Assembly (NCBI GenBank): GCA_051294375.1
Contig: CM119264.1
Span: 13,288,813 to 13,352,812 of the forward strand
Length of the DNA: 64,000 bases
Direction of reading: 5' to 3'
Source: Paraspadella gotoi
Lineage: Eukaryota > Animalia > Chaetognatha
The notes below the pieces were generated by a model. It saw only the letters and a list, made by a program, of their open reading frames with translations. It was not told the origin of the DNA and did no database searches. Positions 1 to 12,099 of this stretch are shown here, in pieces. Within the stretch, counting starts at the first letter, position 1. Each line of letters begins with the position of its first letter. Position numbers and translations under genes: made by a program.

Positions 1-1525
1 GTTGTTCTGAGGATAAAGTGAAGCTTCGGAAACCAGGTTGCGGAAAAAGCTGCGGGAAAAGGTTGGTCGAGAAAATGTTTGCTGGTGAGGATAGCGGAAG
101 AAAGCTTTGGCGAGAAGCTGCAGGGAAGCTGTCTGGTGGAATGAAGTGACTAAAGTAAGCCGGTTAAAGGGGAAAATGTTCGAAGAGAGTCTCAACCTGT
201 GATCAAGTAGACATGCCAGAGTCTGATAGGTTGTAGAAGCCGATCTTGTTCTTCACACTCGCTGGTCGTTATCATTGAGTTCATGGGAGAAGAATGTTTT
301 GCATAGATGCTGCCCACATTAATGAAAGTGAGCTGCCTTAAATTTATCACTTTTATCATTTGGGAGTTCATTTTGCTCTACTCTCTCGAACCTATCGATC
401 GACAATTCAGTCTTCTCAAGTCTTCTCGAATGTTGAGCCTAAGTTTAAGCTGCAAATGCCAAGGCCGTGCTGGAGTTCTGTGCTGACCATGGAAAAGTGC
501 TCAATCTGTCATCCTAATGATCGTCACGTGTAAAAAGTGTCTGGAGCCTCACCACTGCTTTCAATTTCTAGGTCTAATAATAAACTTCTATTGAATGAGG
601 AGATTCAGTATAAGACGGAAATGTATAGGTTGGATTATGGTGCTGACTACTAGTTGGTTCAACGATATATCACATAACTGTCACTATGGTTTGATCACAT
701 CACTTGAGTAATGTAAGTGTATAAAGAGAAAACCTTCAGTGTTCTTGACGAAATTAACATTGCTGGGCTTTAAGTTAAGTGCTAAATACCAAAGAAAAGA
801 AGATTGTGGTATGTCATTTTTGTCCAGAAATCGGCGATGGCTTAGGTCTCACATTGTAAAATGATTGCTAACGTATGCCAATATTTCATTTACGGATGCT
901 CCGTCTAAAGGGGAAGAAGAAAGATCGAAAAAAGTTTCTTGCTTAGAGAAGTCTCCTACAACTTTGCTGTTGGAGCAGCTGACAAAGTTTTTGGCCTTAG
1001 GAAAGTGCATCTTAAACTTTGCAGGTTGGAAATTAAAATTTTGTTTGAGGACTCACATTCAAGAGGAGAAAGATGTGAGCCAAAATATTTCTGGAGTGAA
1101 AGGAAAACTCTTGGAATAATGTAAATTCACGAGGGCTTGGAGGTGTAAACCATGAACACGAGTTGAGATGACCTATAAGAGGAAAAGAAATGGTCTTTCT
1201 ACGGCTCAGAGAGACGACTATGACGACGACCAGTGAGTTTGATTGTTGTCAAACCAAATCCAATTTTATTAAGTTAGTGGACCAGGTTGACCTTTTAACT
1301 TACAAAAGAAGTAATCTAAACTCTTTGAAAAAGAATTTCAAACAAAACTTTTTTGGGAAAAAAAAAATTCTTAGTTTGACTCATTCGATTGGGGGGACTC
1401 ACACAGTGATTCGCAGTTCTCCGTCGACTCTTCGCCAAAGTTAAATTCATTGAAGTGATTCTTCTCTTGTCATCTCCATCTCATTTTAATGGGATGGTTT
1501 TCTCTCTTCTTCTTACTCTCTCTCC

Positions 1526-1563
<38 letters not shown>

Positions 1564-1629
1564 TCTCTCTTCTCTCTTCTCTCTCTCTCTTCTCTCTCTC
1601 TCTCTCTCTCTCTCTGTCGGCTCATTAGA

Positions 1630-3058
1630 GAAATGGACGCCGCCTGTTCTTCCTCTTAATTGTTAGTCTGCTACGATTACTTATTGTTCAAGTTTAATCG
1701 TCATATTTTAATCGCTCTCTCTCGCTCTCTCCTCCTNNNNNNNNNNNNNNNNNNNNNNNNNTCTCTCTCTCTCTCTCTCTCTCTCTCTCACGCGATCATT
1801 ACAATCCCCCCTCAGCGGGAGGGACCCGCGCACACACACGATCTACGTCTCTTGCGTGACACGATATGTTTTTATGATTATTTTATTCATTTCTCTTTTT
1901 CTCTACGACGAATGTCCGGCGACGTTTCGAGACCTCCGCCCACTGGATTAAAAAACGGTTGTGTATTTTTTTCTAATTTAATGTATAATTTTACAATACA
2001 ATACAATACTCGTCGCTCGTAACTTTTCTTTTTTTATATTTTTACTATGTTTTCTGTTTATCTCGTCGAACGTCATGGAAAATCTCCCGCCATGAATTAA
2101 TTTTTTAAGCGGTGAGTCTTTCGATGAAATATTGACCTTTTAATATTGCCTAAAAAATTCTTTATTGAAATTTACATATAAATTACAATGCTGTGCGCTG
2201 TTTGCTCGATCCAAATTCACTCGTCTATTTTCTTCTCCATTTCTCATTGTAATCCTTTTAATTTTGACCATCTTCCATCGGTCAATCTTCGGAATATTAA
2301 CTGTAATCTTCCTAAAAATATATTTAATATTTAATATTTGACGCATCTCTTGAAAGTATCTATGAAGTAAGTATGTAAGTTTATTTACTAAAACTTCTTC
2401 TAAGAGCTCTCATCTAAAATTATTCTAAATTTCTTTTAAAAATTTGGGAAAGAAAAAAAAATAGAAGTTAATATGAAGAGTTCACCCGACATTGTCTCGA
2501 CTTGTTTCTTTCCGTTTCACTTTTTTTTATTTTGACTTTTTTTAATTTTTCTTTGTCTGTTTTTTTTTTNNNNNNNNNNNNNNNNNNNNNNNNNNNNNNN
2601 NNNNNNNNNNNNNNNNNNNNNNNNNNNNNNNNNNNNNNNNNNNNNNNNNNNNNNNNNNNNNNNNNNNNNNNNNNNNNNNNNNNNNNNNNNNNNNNNNNNN
2701 NNNNNNNNNNNNNNNNNNNNNNNNNNNNNNNNNNNNNNNNNNNNNNNNNNNNNNNNNNNNNNNNGCGAGAGCGAGAGCGAAAGAGCGAGGGCCAGCGAAT
2801 AAAGGCGACACCATTTGTTTATTGTTCTTTTGTTTGCTTTGGGTCACGACGTTGAAAGGCGCCGACAAAAGAGCAACGCAGAGAGAGAGAGAGANNNNNN
2901 NNNNNNNNNNNNNNNNNNNNNNNNNNNNNNNNNNNNNNNNNNNNNNNNNNNNNNNNNNNNNNNNNNNNNNNNNNNNNNNNNNNNNNNNNNNNNNNNNNNN
3001 NNNNNNNNNNNNNNNNNNNNNNNNNNNNNNNNNNNNNNNNNNNNNNNNNNNNNNNNNN

Positions 3059-3095
<37 letters not shown>

Positions 3096-5340
3096 GGGGA
3101 AAAAACGAAAACCTTTTCAGCTCTAATGAGGCTATCGGAAAGAGTCTAAAGGATCGAGTGACAAAACAAAACAATTTTTATGTAGCCAACAAAGAAAACA
3201 AAACTTGTTCTTCTCTTTTATTTCTTTGTTAGGAGAATTGTTATGTTATGTTGCTTTTTTTTTCAATTACGCTGAATTTAACAAACCACAATGAACTATA
3301 AACACTGTTCATTGAACAGGCATTGAACAAAGACCTTGTAGAATGTAGACTCAAGAAAGCTATAATAGCACTATATATTTGAAATTTGAATTTTTAATGA
3401 TTTATCAATGAAAATTAACAAAAACTAAATAAATGATGATGATGATGATGATGATGATTTTTTAAGGTTTGTTCAAATTTTAGCATATTTATCATTAATT
3501 TTTTTTAAATTTGTAGTACTAACCTTTATCTAACTTTTTAATCTCTATCAGAATCCAATTTTAAGAATTTAAATTTTTAAAACAAATTTTTAAGCATTTC
3601 TTATATATTGTTAAATATTAAAANNNNNNNNNNNNNNNNNNNNNNNNNATTGTTGTTGTATCATGCGTAGCAATGTTGCTGTGTCGTCGTCGTCGCATAT
3701 TTGTCGACGTGTTGGATGGAATTGGTTTTGTTCCAATGGGTATGCAATGTTGCTGTCGTGTCGTCTGTGTTAATGGAATTGGGTTGTTGTTACAATCTGG
3801 TAGCAAATGTTGCTGTCGTCGTCGTCGTTTGTCTTGTTCGTTATTGTCAACAGTGACGCGACGTCATCGATTCTGCTGTTAATGTTTCAAAGGCCGAGCC
3901 GTCGTCGCCATTGTCGTCGTCGTTGAAAGCATCTCTTCCTTATAAATCGCGGGCAAAAGGGGGCGCCACAAATGACGCAACAAAGAGGACGACGACGACG
4001 ACGAACGACGCCGACGACCGAGAAAGACAATGGAGACAAGTGGTGGAGACTCATTCACCCAAAAGCAATCCACGTTTTGGCCGAGAGAGAATCAACTTAA
4101 GCAACGAAAATCCCCATAACAATTTCCGATCGAGAATTTTTAGTTTTAAAGTTGTCCAAAACGCAAGGTCTTTTCAATGTCGGATGGGCAAAAACAAATT
4201 TCGTCTTTGGAGACAGACTGACCGACCGATAAGGATCAACGTCTCTCGCTTAAAACGCTGTTAGTTACAAATTTAGTCCTTCATTAAATATTTTATATAA
4301 ATAACACTAAGTACATAAATTATGTTCTGGACTTATACCAAAATTTGACCTGATAGAAATGTTTGTTATTTATCCCCGATGAATTTATTTTTTCTCCTCA
4401 TCTTTCACCATTTCATTTTTTTTTCGGCCACCCGGCTAAAACGGTGTTTTCGTTCGCATCATAAAAAATTAAGAAGCGGAAAACAAAAAATATGGAAAAA
4501 ATCGACACAAAAAACACGAACTGGAAAAAATATCCAATTCCGATGCGCAGCGCCAAGCAATGCGGAATTTCGTAACGGCTGTAGTACGGGAGGTCGCTAG
4601 CGTCGTACGGCGTTCGTACGGAGATCGTAGGACGTTGGTGGCGATTTTTTATTTTGTGCTTGGTGTGGACGGAAGGCGATTTTTCCGAAGAAGATGTTAT
4701 ATAGTAAGGCGGGCCAAATTTAACATTTTTTAAAATATGAAAAAGTCTCAATAGATCTTTTGTCTTTCACAGCCAAATTGACTCATGATGTTAAATTTTG
4801 ATTAATTAATTACCATTTTAATATTTAACAATATATAAGAAATGCTTAAAAATTTGTTGTTTAAAAATTTAAATTCTTAAAAATTGGATTCTGATAGAGA
4901 TTGATAAGTTGAGTAGTTAGTACTTACAAATTAAAAAAAAATTAATGATAAATATGCTAAATTTGAACAAACTTAAAAAATCATCATCATCATATCATCA
5001 TCTTTTATTTAGTTTTTGTTATTTTCATGATAAATCATTAAAAATTCAAATTTCAAATATATAGTGCTATTATAGCTTTCTTGAGTCTACATTCTACAAG
5101 GTCTTTGTTTCAATGCCTGTTCAAAATGAACAGTGTTTATAGTTCATTGTGGTGTGTTTAAATTCAGAGTAATTGAAAAAAAAAGCAACATAACATAACA
5201 ATTCTCCTAACAAAGAAATAAAGAAGAACAAGTTTTGTTTCTTTGTTGGCTACATAAAATTGTTGTTTTGTACAGATCCTTTAGACTCTTTCGATAGCCT
5301 CATAGAGCTGAAAAGGTTTTCGTTTTTTCCCCCGGCTCTC

Positions 5341-5391
<51 letters not shown>

Positions 5392-5550
5392 GCGTTGCTC
5401 TTTTGTCGGCGCCTTTCAACGTCGTGACCCAAAGCAAACAAAAGAACAATAAACAAATGGTTGTCCTTTATTCGCTGGCCCTCGCTCTTTCGCTCTCGCT
5501 CTCGCTCTCGCTATAAACAAAGAAATAAAAAGGAGGAACAAGGAAGAAGT

Positions 5551-5618
<68 letters not shown>

Positions 5619-6700
5619 CGGTGGGAAAAGATAAGTAGAGATGCAAGAGTGAAGGGCGAGACGGAATTACAACCGGAAACAAAAGAAGAAACAAAAAAAA
5701 AAAAAAAAACAGACAAAGAAAAATTAAAAAAAAGTTCAAAAAAAAAAAAGTGAAACGGAAAGAAACAAGTCGAGACAATGTCGGGTGAACTCTTCATATT
5801 AATTCTATTTTTTTTTCTTTCCCAAATTTTTTAAAAGAAATTTAGAATAATTTTAGATGAGGCTCTTAGAAGAAGTTTTAGTTAAATAAACTTACATACT
5901 TTACTTCATAGATACTTTCAAGAGATGCGTCACATATTAAATATTAAATATATTTTTAGGAAGATGACAGTTAATACTCCGAGATGACCGATGGAAGATG
6001 GTCAAAATTAAAAGGATCTACAATGAGAAATGGAGAAGAAAATAGACGAGTGAATTTGATTCGAGCAAACGGCGCACAGCATTGTAATTTATATGTAAAT
6101 TTCAATAAAGAATTTTTTAGGCAATATTAAAAAGGTCAATATTTCATCGAAAGACTCACCGCTAAATATATAATTCATGGCGGGAGATTTTCCATGACGT
6201 CGACGAGATAAACAGAAAACATAGTAAAATATAAAAAAAGAAAAGTTACGAGCGACGAGTATTGTATTTGTATTGTAAAATTATACATTAAATTAGAAAA
6301 AAATACACAACCGTTTTTTTAATCCAGTGGGCGGAGGGTCTCGAAACGTCGCCGGACATGTCGCGTAGAGAAAAAGAGAAATGAATAAATAATCATAAAA
6401 ACATATCGTGTCACGCAAGAGACGTAGATCGTGTGTGTGCGCGGGTCCCTCCCGCTGAGGGGGGGATTGTAATGATCGCGTGAGAGAGAGAGAGAGAAAG
6501 AGAGAGGAGAGAAGAGAGAGAGAGAGAGGGTGTAAATGATGACGATTAACAGCTTGAACAAAGTAGAATCGGTAGCAGACTAACATTGAAGGGAGGAAGA
6601 CCGGGCGGCGTCCAATTCCTTCAACGTCGTCGACGACGACGACAGCAACATTGCTACCGATTGGTACAACAACCAATTCCATCAACACCGAAGACGACGA
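1630..6700. repeat. About 2 kb inverted duplication (arms about 1630-3623 and 4816-6618), probably an assembly artefact
   Basis: Direct reverse-complement matches, e.g. 1790-1870 vs 6400-6485 and 3590-3623 vs 4816-4850. 3650-3830 also matches the reverse complement of 6620-6700. 25-N gaps at 1737 and 3624. Confidence 0.9.
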
Positions 6701-9159
6701 CGACGACGACGACGACGAACGAGAATGGAGCCGGTGGCGCGATGTTTGTTTACGCTTTCGTCGGGAGTCGCGACTATTAGCTTCCATATTGAGCCCGAAT
6801 TCTCGAGTCACCTCGACGAGAAAATGAGGCGCGTCATATTTGGTCAGTGCGGTTATGGGCATTTTTTTAGTGGGATCCGCTTTAGTAAGTTCATCGACCC
6901 ATTCACGTCAACAGTATGAAGGTAAATATGGAATTTTCATTTCGCGAATCCCTTCACCCGATTCTGAAAGGTGAACGACTAACGGTCGTCGCTCGAGTTC
7001 GACTCTATAAAAATTCCAACGCCACCCTCGCTACGTGGATTCAGGTGTTGAAGAATCAAGCGGAGATTCCATCTGTCAAGTCGGGATTTAAAACCTCATT
7101 CAAGATAGAATTTGAAAAAAAGTTTGATCACAAAAGAGAACCGACGATTTTTCGACGACAAAAGCTTCAGTCGGGTGACGACGACGACGACGACGACGAC
7201 GATGATGAAGATGATGATGATGATGATGACGACGACGAAGAGAAAGACGACAGTGACGATTTAAAAAAAAAACGAATTTGGCTTCCGCTTCGTCGTCGCC
7301 GTCACCGCAGCCATCGTCCTCACGTGAATGCGCTTTTCAATGCGCGTTCTTTTCCTTCCGCTCGCTCGTTCAAACGGAAGCGATTTTGGTTGCGAACGTT
7401 TAATGCGTTTTGAGTTGGAGCCAACGATCCGTATCACGTTGGCGTCCGTGTAAATTGAAGAGGCCAGATTTTTATCTTTTTTCCTGGCAAGTGGCGCACG
7501 AGCCATTGAGTTTATCTAGAATACATTTAGTACATTGAGGAACTTACCAAAGAAAAAGAAAAAACTTATCTCTTCGAGGGTTAGCAAGAAAGAATCGCAA
7601 AAGGACGCCACCGACGCCGTGTAACTCGTCGACGCCGTCATTCCCAGCATCGCCACCGACGCCGCTTTTTACATCGACTCTAACGCCGTCGCCGAAGCCG
7701 CTGTCGCCGCTGAAGTCATCGGAACCGGATTGCTGGGAGTCTTAATACTGCAAACGGATCTGTACAATAATCCTTTTTCCTCGGAATTACAGAATATCGA
7801 GCGACGAGGAAAAGTGGAAGGAGAGAGAGTACGAGAATGAGATGATGGAAGCACGAGAGAAGAGAGATGAGAATGAAGAAGAAGTGAGAGAGAGATGAAA
7901 TAGAAGAGGAGGATTCAAGTTTGNNNNNNNNNNNNNNNNNNNNNNNNNNNNNNNNNNNNNNNNNNNNNNNNNNNNNNNNNNNNNNNNNNNNNNNNNNNNN
8001 NNNNNNNNNNNNNNNNNNNNNNNNNNNNNNNNNNNNNNNNNNNNNNNNNNNNNNNNNNNNNNNNNNNNNNNNNNNNNNNNNNNNNNNNNNNNNNNNNNNN
8101 NNNNNNNNNNNNNNNNNNNNNNNNNNNNNNNNNNNNNNNNNNNNNNNNNNNNNNNNNNNNNNNNNNNNNNNNNNNNNNNNNNNNNNNNNNNNNNNNNNNN
8201 NNNNNNNNNNNNNNNNNNNNNNNNNNNNNNNNNNNNNNNNNNNNNNNNNNNNNNNNNNNNNNNNNNNNNNNNNNNNNNNNNNNNNNNNNNNNNNNNNNNN
8301 NNNNNNNNNNNNNNNNNNNNNNNNNNNNNNNNNNNNNNNNNNNNNNNNNNNNNNNNNNNNNNNNNNNNNNNNNNNNNNNNNNNNNNNNNNNNNNNNNNNN
8401 NNNNNNNNNNNNNNNNNNNNNNNNNNCGGCCGCCACCACCGCCGCCGCCGCTGACGCCTCCATGGGCGCCATTCCTTTTCGCTTGCGTCATTGCCTCCAT
8501 TCAAGGAGGCTTCGATATTGCACTCGAAGAGAACGCAAGAGAAGAAAGCGCGTGAGAGGGATGAACGGGCAGTCGCCTCGGACGAAGCTTCTATATTTAG
8601 CTTTTCACCTTCTGATCTGTTTTGAAAAAAAACAAACAACAACTTCCGTCTCTCGAAGCAGCGCACCGTGAATAGTATTCATTGAATCCCGCAGGTAAAA
8701 CTGAAAGCATAATGGTAAACATAGATTGAACGTATTTATCGCGTTGTTCAATTTTTTTTTCTCTTTCTTGCAAGAACTGTGTCCAATTTCCATATAACAA
8801 CGACAACCCGAACGTCAAATTGCCCTTTTGTCAGTCCAACCTCTTTTAAGAAAAGCTTCATCTCCTGTCACGCCCTCCAGCGACGGTCACGTCTTCGCAA
8901 CGGCGTCTCTGTCTTCCATCCACATCGCCTCAGCCTCCGATAACTACCTTCCCTCGATCCATTATTAATTCTCTTGGTCCTTCAATCCGCACCTCTCTCT
9001 CTCCCTTTGGCTCTCATGTCGTCTCTACCATTTTCCTCTTCTTCCTATTTTCTTTCCTCCTTTCTTCCTCACTCTTTCTTTCCCCTTCTCTTCCTCCTTT
9101 CTTTGAGAGATAATCCTCACGAAGCTCAACGACGTGAGATTCGGAGAAAGGTCGACCGT

Positions 9160-9735
9160 CGGAGATGTGGCAATAGACGCGGTGATGATGGATGGCACGG
9201 AGGGAGATGTGGCAACAGACGCGGTGAATGATGATGGCACGGAAGGAGATGTGGCAATAGACGCGGTGGTGATGGATGGCACGGAGGGAGATGTGGCAAA
9301 CCGAACGGTGGTACAACTGTACTTACGGGAGATGTGCAAAGACGCGTGGTTATGATATGCACGAGGAGATGTGGCAATAGACAGCCGTGGTACGAATGAG
9401 ATTGCACGGAGGAGATGGTGGCAAAGACGCGGTGGTGAATGGATTGCCAACAGAAGGAAAGAAATTGTGGCAAATCGACACGGTGGGTGACAAATGGTAC
9501 TTAGGGAGATGTGGCAAAAGGCGCGGTGGTTATTGATAAAACAGAGTGAGATGTGGCAAAAGACACGGTGCTGATGGACGGCACGGAGTGAGATGTGGCA
9601 AAAGGCGAGGTGGTGATGGATGGCACAGAGGAAGATGTGGCAATAGACGCCACAATGACGGATGATGTGGCAAAGGATTCCTTGGTGACGGATGGCACTG
9701 AGAGAGGTGTAGCAGAAGGCGCAGCGGAGACGCCT
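9160..9735. repeat. 42-bp minisatellite, about 13 degenerate copies (GGAGATGTGGCAATAGACGCGGTGGTGATGGATGGCACGGAG)
   Basis: GGAGATGTGGCAA recurs at 9161, 9203, 9245, 9287 and onward with period 42. Confidence 0.9.
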
Positions 9736-11984
9736 GGTGACGGGTGGCGTGGACGAATGAAATGTTTCATTGCAAAGGACGGAGTTATGACAAATGGCAC
9801 TCAGAGAGATTCGTCATATACAGTAAATGGCATGGAAAGATAGCGAAAGCAAAGAAGGACATTAAGCAAACGAATTTCAGTGTAGGCGTTAATTCTCATA
9901 CTACAAAATTACTTTAAAATTTTTTTTTAACCTAAGCATTATTTTATCAAATTTTTCCTTGCGAAAAATCGAAATTCCAATAAAATTTGGGTTTAAATGT
10001 CCATCTGACGGAGAATCACAGTTTAATTTAAAACGAAACTACAACGACACGTCACCACGCACCGCGCGGCGTTTTTCGCAGGCCGATTGACGTGAAGCGT
10101 CGTCATCCACCGCCTGTTTTTCTTGGCCTGTTTTTCTTCGCCTGTCTCGGCGTCAATAACTTCTCTCCAACGGCAGAAGGAGGCGGAGGAGGCGACAGAA
10201 GGGAGATTGGCGTTGGAAGACGTGAGGCCAAAATGTCATCGAGACAACAGAACCTTAAAAAAAAAATCGAAAGAAAAGCGAAAAGAAAAAACGTCAACAT
10301 TTTTTTTTTTGTGACGAAGGAAAAGGGAAATCTTTTCGTTTTCATTTCGACTCAAACAATACAATTTTAAGTTTCTACCCAAACATTACAATTTTGATTT
10401 ACTTGCACTTGATTCTTGAAAGCTTGTGACGCGAGATGAAAACAATAACGTGAAACATTACTTCAAATCAACTTTGAAGTATTATGTTATTTATGACAAT
10501 TTATTGCGTTTCTACTCACTATCTTATTTTCAAATACTATGAATTTTTTTAATGATGATGGTTAGGAAATTTTACAAATTTTTGGGGTCGTTGATGCTCA
10601 TTTTCAAAGATGACTTATTTTATATCGTAGTTTAAGTACCAAATTTCTAAGTATCACACGGCAATTTCAATGCCTAAGTTGTTTTTTTTAAGTCGAATAC
10701 GATGCCAAAAATTCGGAATTCACTTCACATTTTTCTCAGACGCTTAGGTTAGAGTCCGAATTCGCAAAGTTGTAAACTCGTATGATAAGAAAATCGGAAA
10801 AAAAACTTTAACTGGCAAAGGTACAAACACTAAGGAAAAAAACAAAGGAATAAAAAAAGAAAACGAGTGAGTACAACAAAAACAAAATAAAAAAACATCA
10901 AAAAGAATTTTTTTCTTTTCTTCTTTGGAAATCACGAGGAATGACTTTCTCTTTCTCCTTCGTCGTCGTCGTCTTCGTTGTCGTCGTCGTCTTTATCGTC
11001 AACCTTGTTTTACTCGTCAGTTTCATTCCCCGACATGCGGGCCTCATTTGTCGTCTTCGTCCCATTATTCTTCACTTTCGTCGTCATCTTCGATTTTTTC
11101 TCGATTTTCTCGTTTTCATCGTCTTCATCGCCATCTTTGTTTTGATCTTCGCTCAAACGATGACGCCCCATTTTCGCTTCGAAGTCGCTGAGTCGTCAGC
11201 GTTGGCCAATTTCGAGTTTCGCATTTCGCATCTCACAACTTATCTCACATATCTCATATCACATATGTCATATCACATATCTAATATCTCATATCTCGCG
11301 GCCACTAATCGAGAATCACATTCGGTTTTCGTTTCTTCTCTGCACGTTTCGTTTTCTTTGGGTTTGAACGATCGGTACAGATTAAAACAATCGCTCCCTC
11401 TTTCCACTACACTTCACTCCACTCCACTTCGCTCCCCTCCCCCGACTCCACTCCACTACTCCTTCCCCAACACCACTCCAGTCGCCGACGATCGCAACGG
11501 AAATCCGTCTCGTTCGGGCGACTTCTTTCCCCTGAAGAGGAATTTCCTTGAGACGAGGGAAGATAATCCCGAGTCGGTGAGAACCTCTGCGCCTCCCCCC
11601 CCCCTTATACACGGTTCGGATCGAATCCTTCGGATGGTCGGACTGAGAGAAGAAACTCCCTTCCCCTTTTCTCCTCACTCTCCAGTAGGATGGTCCTCAA
11701 CCTACCTTTCGAATCCAGTATGTTCGCTAACCCAACTACCCCCCCCCTTACATTCACGACTTTTCCCCCCCATTTTGCGCACCTCATTAACCTCCCCCAC
11801 CCCTTTCCCGCCAACAAAACCAAAACCCTAGATAGCAACCGCCCTAACAACCGCTTTATCAAAGTTGACGTCTTCAATCTTTATCCTTCTCTTACTTAAT
11901 CCCTGTTTTCCTTCTTTTTCTTCGACTTTTTCCTCCTTTTCTTTCCCGGGGTCCTTGACTTTCCTTATCTTCTCCCTTGTCTTT

Positions 11985-12099
11985 TTTTTTTATCCTTCGG
12001 CCTAAAGTTTTAACTTTTAAATTTTTTCTTTATATTTTTTTTTTTTATCCTTCGGCCTAAAGTTTTAACTTTTAAATTTTTTCTTTATATTTTTTTTTT
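11985..12099. repeat. Perfect 55-bp tandem duplication
   Basis: TATCCTTCGGCCTAAAGTTTTAACTTTTAAATTTTTTCTTTATATTTT starts at 11991 and again at 12046. Confidence 0.9.

Noticed and set aside
6990-7060. Minus-strand peptide NPRSEGGVGIFI resembling the LINE APE-endonuclease GGV motif
   Set aside because: A stop follows within 8 codons, and no other endonuclease or RT motifs were found nearby.
6916-7413. 165-aa + strand ORF with a poly-Asp tract
   Set aside because: The acidic tract is a GAC/GAT microsatellite like many intronic ones here. No motif or splice context.
10941-11831. 296-aa + strand ORF with a hydrophobic N-terminus that looks like TM helices
   Set aside because: The hydrophobicity comes from GTC/TTC repeats and the rest is C-rich low complexity. 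No recognisable family or exon boundaries.
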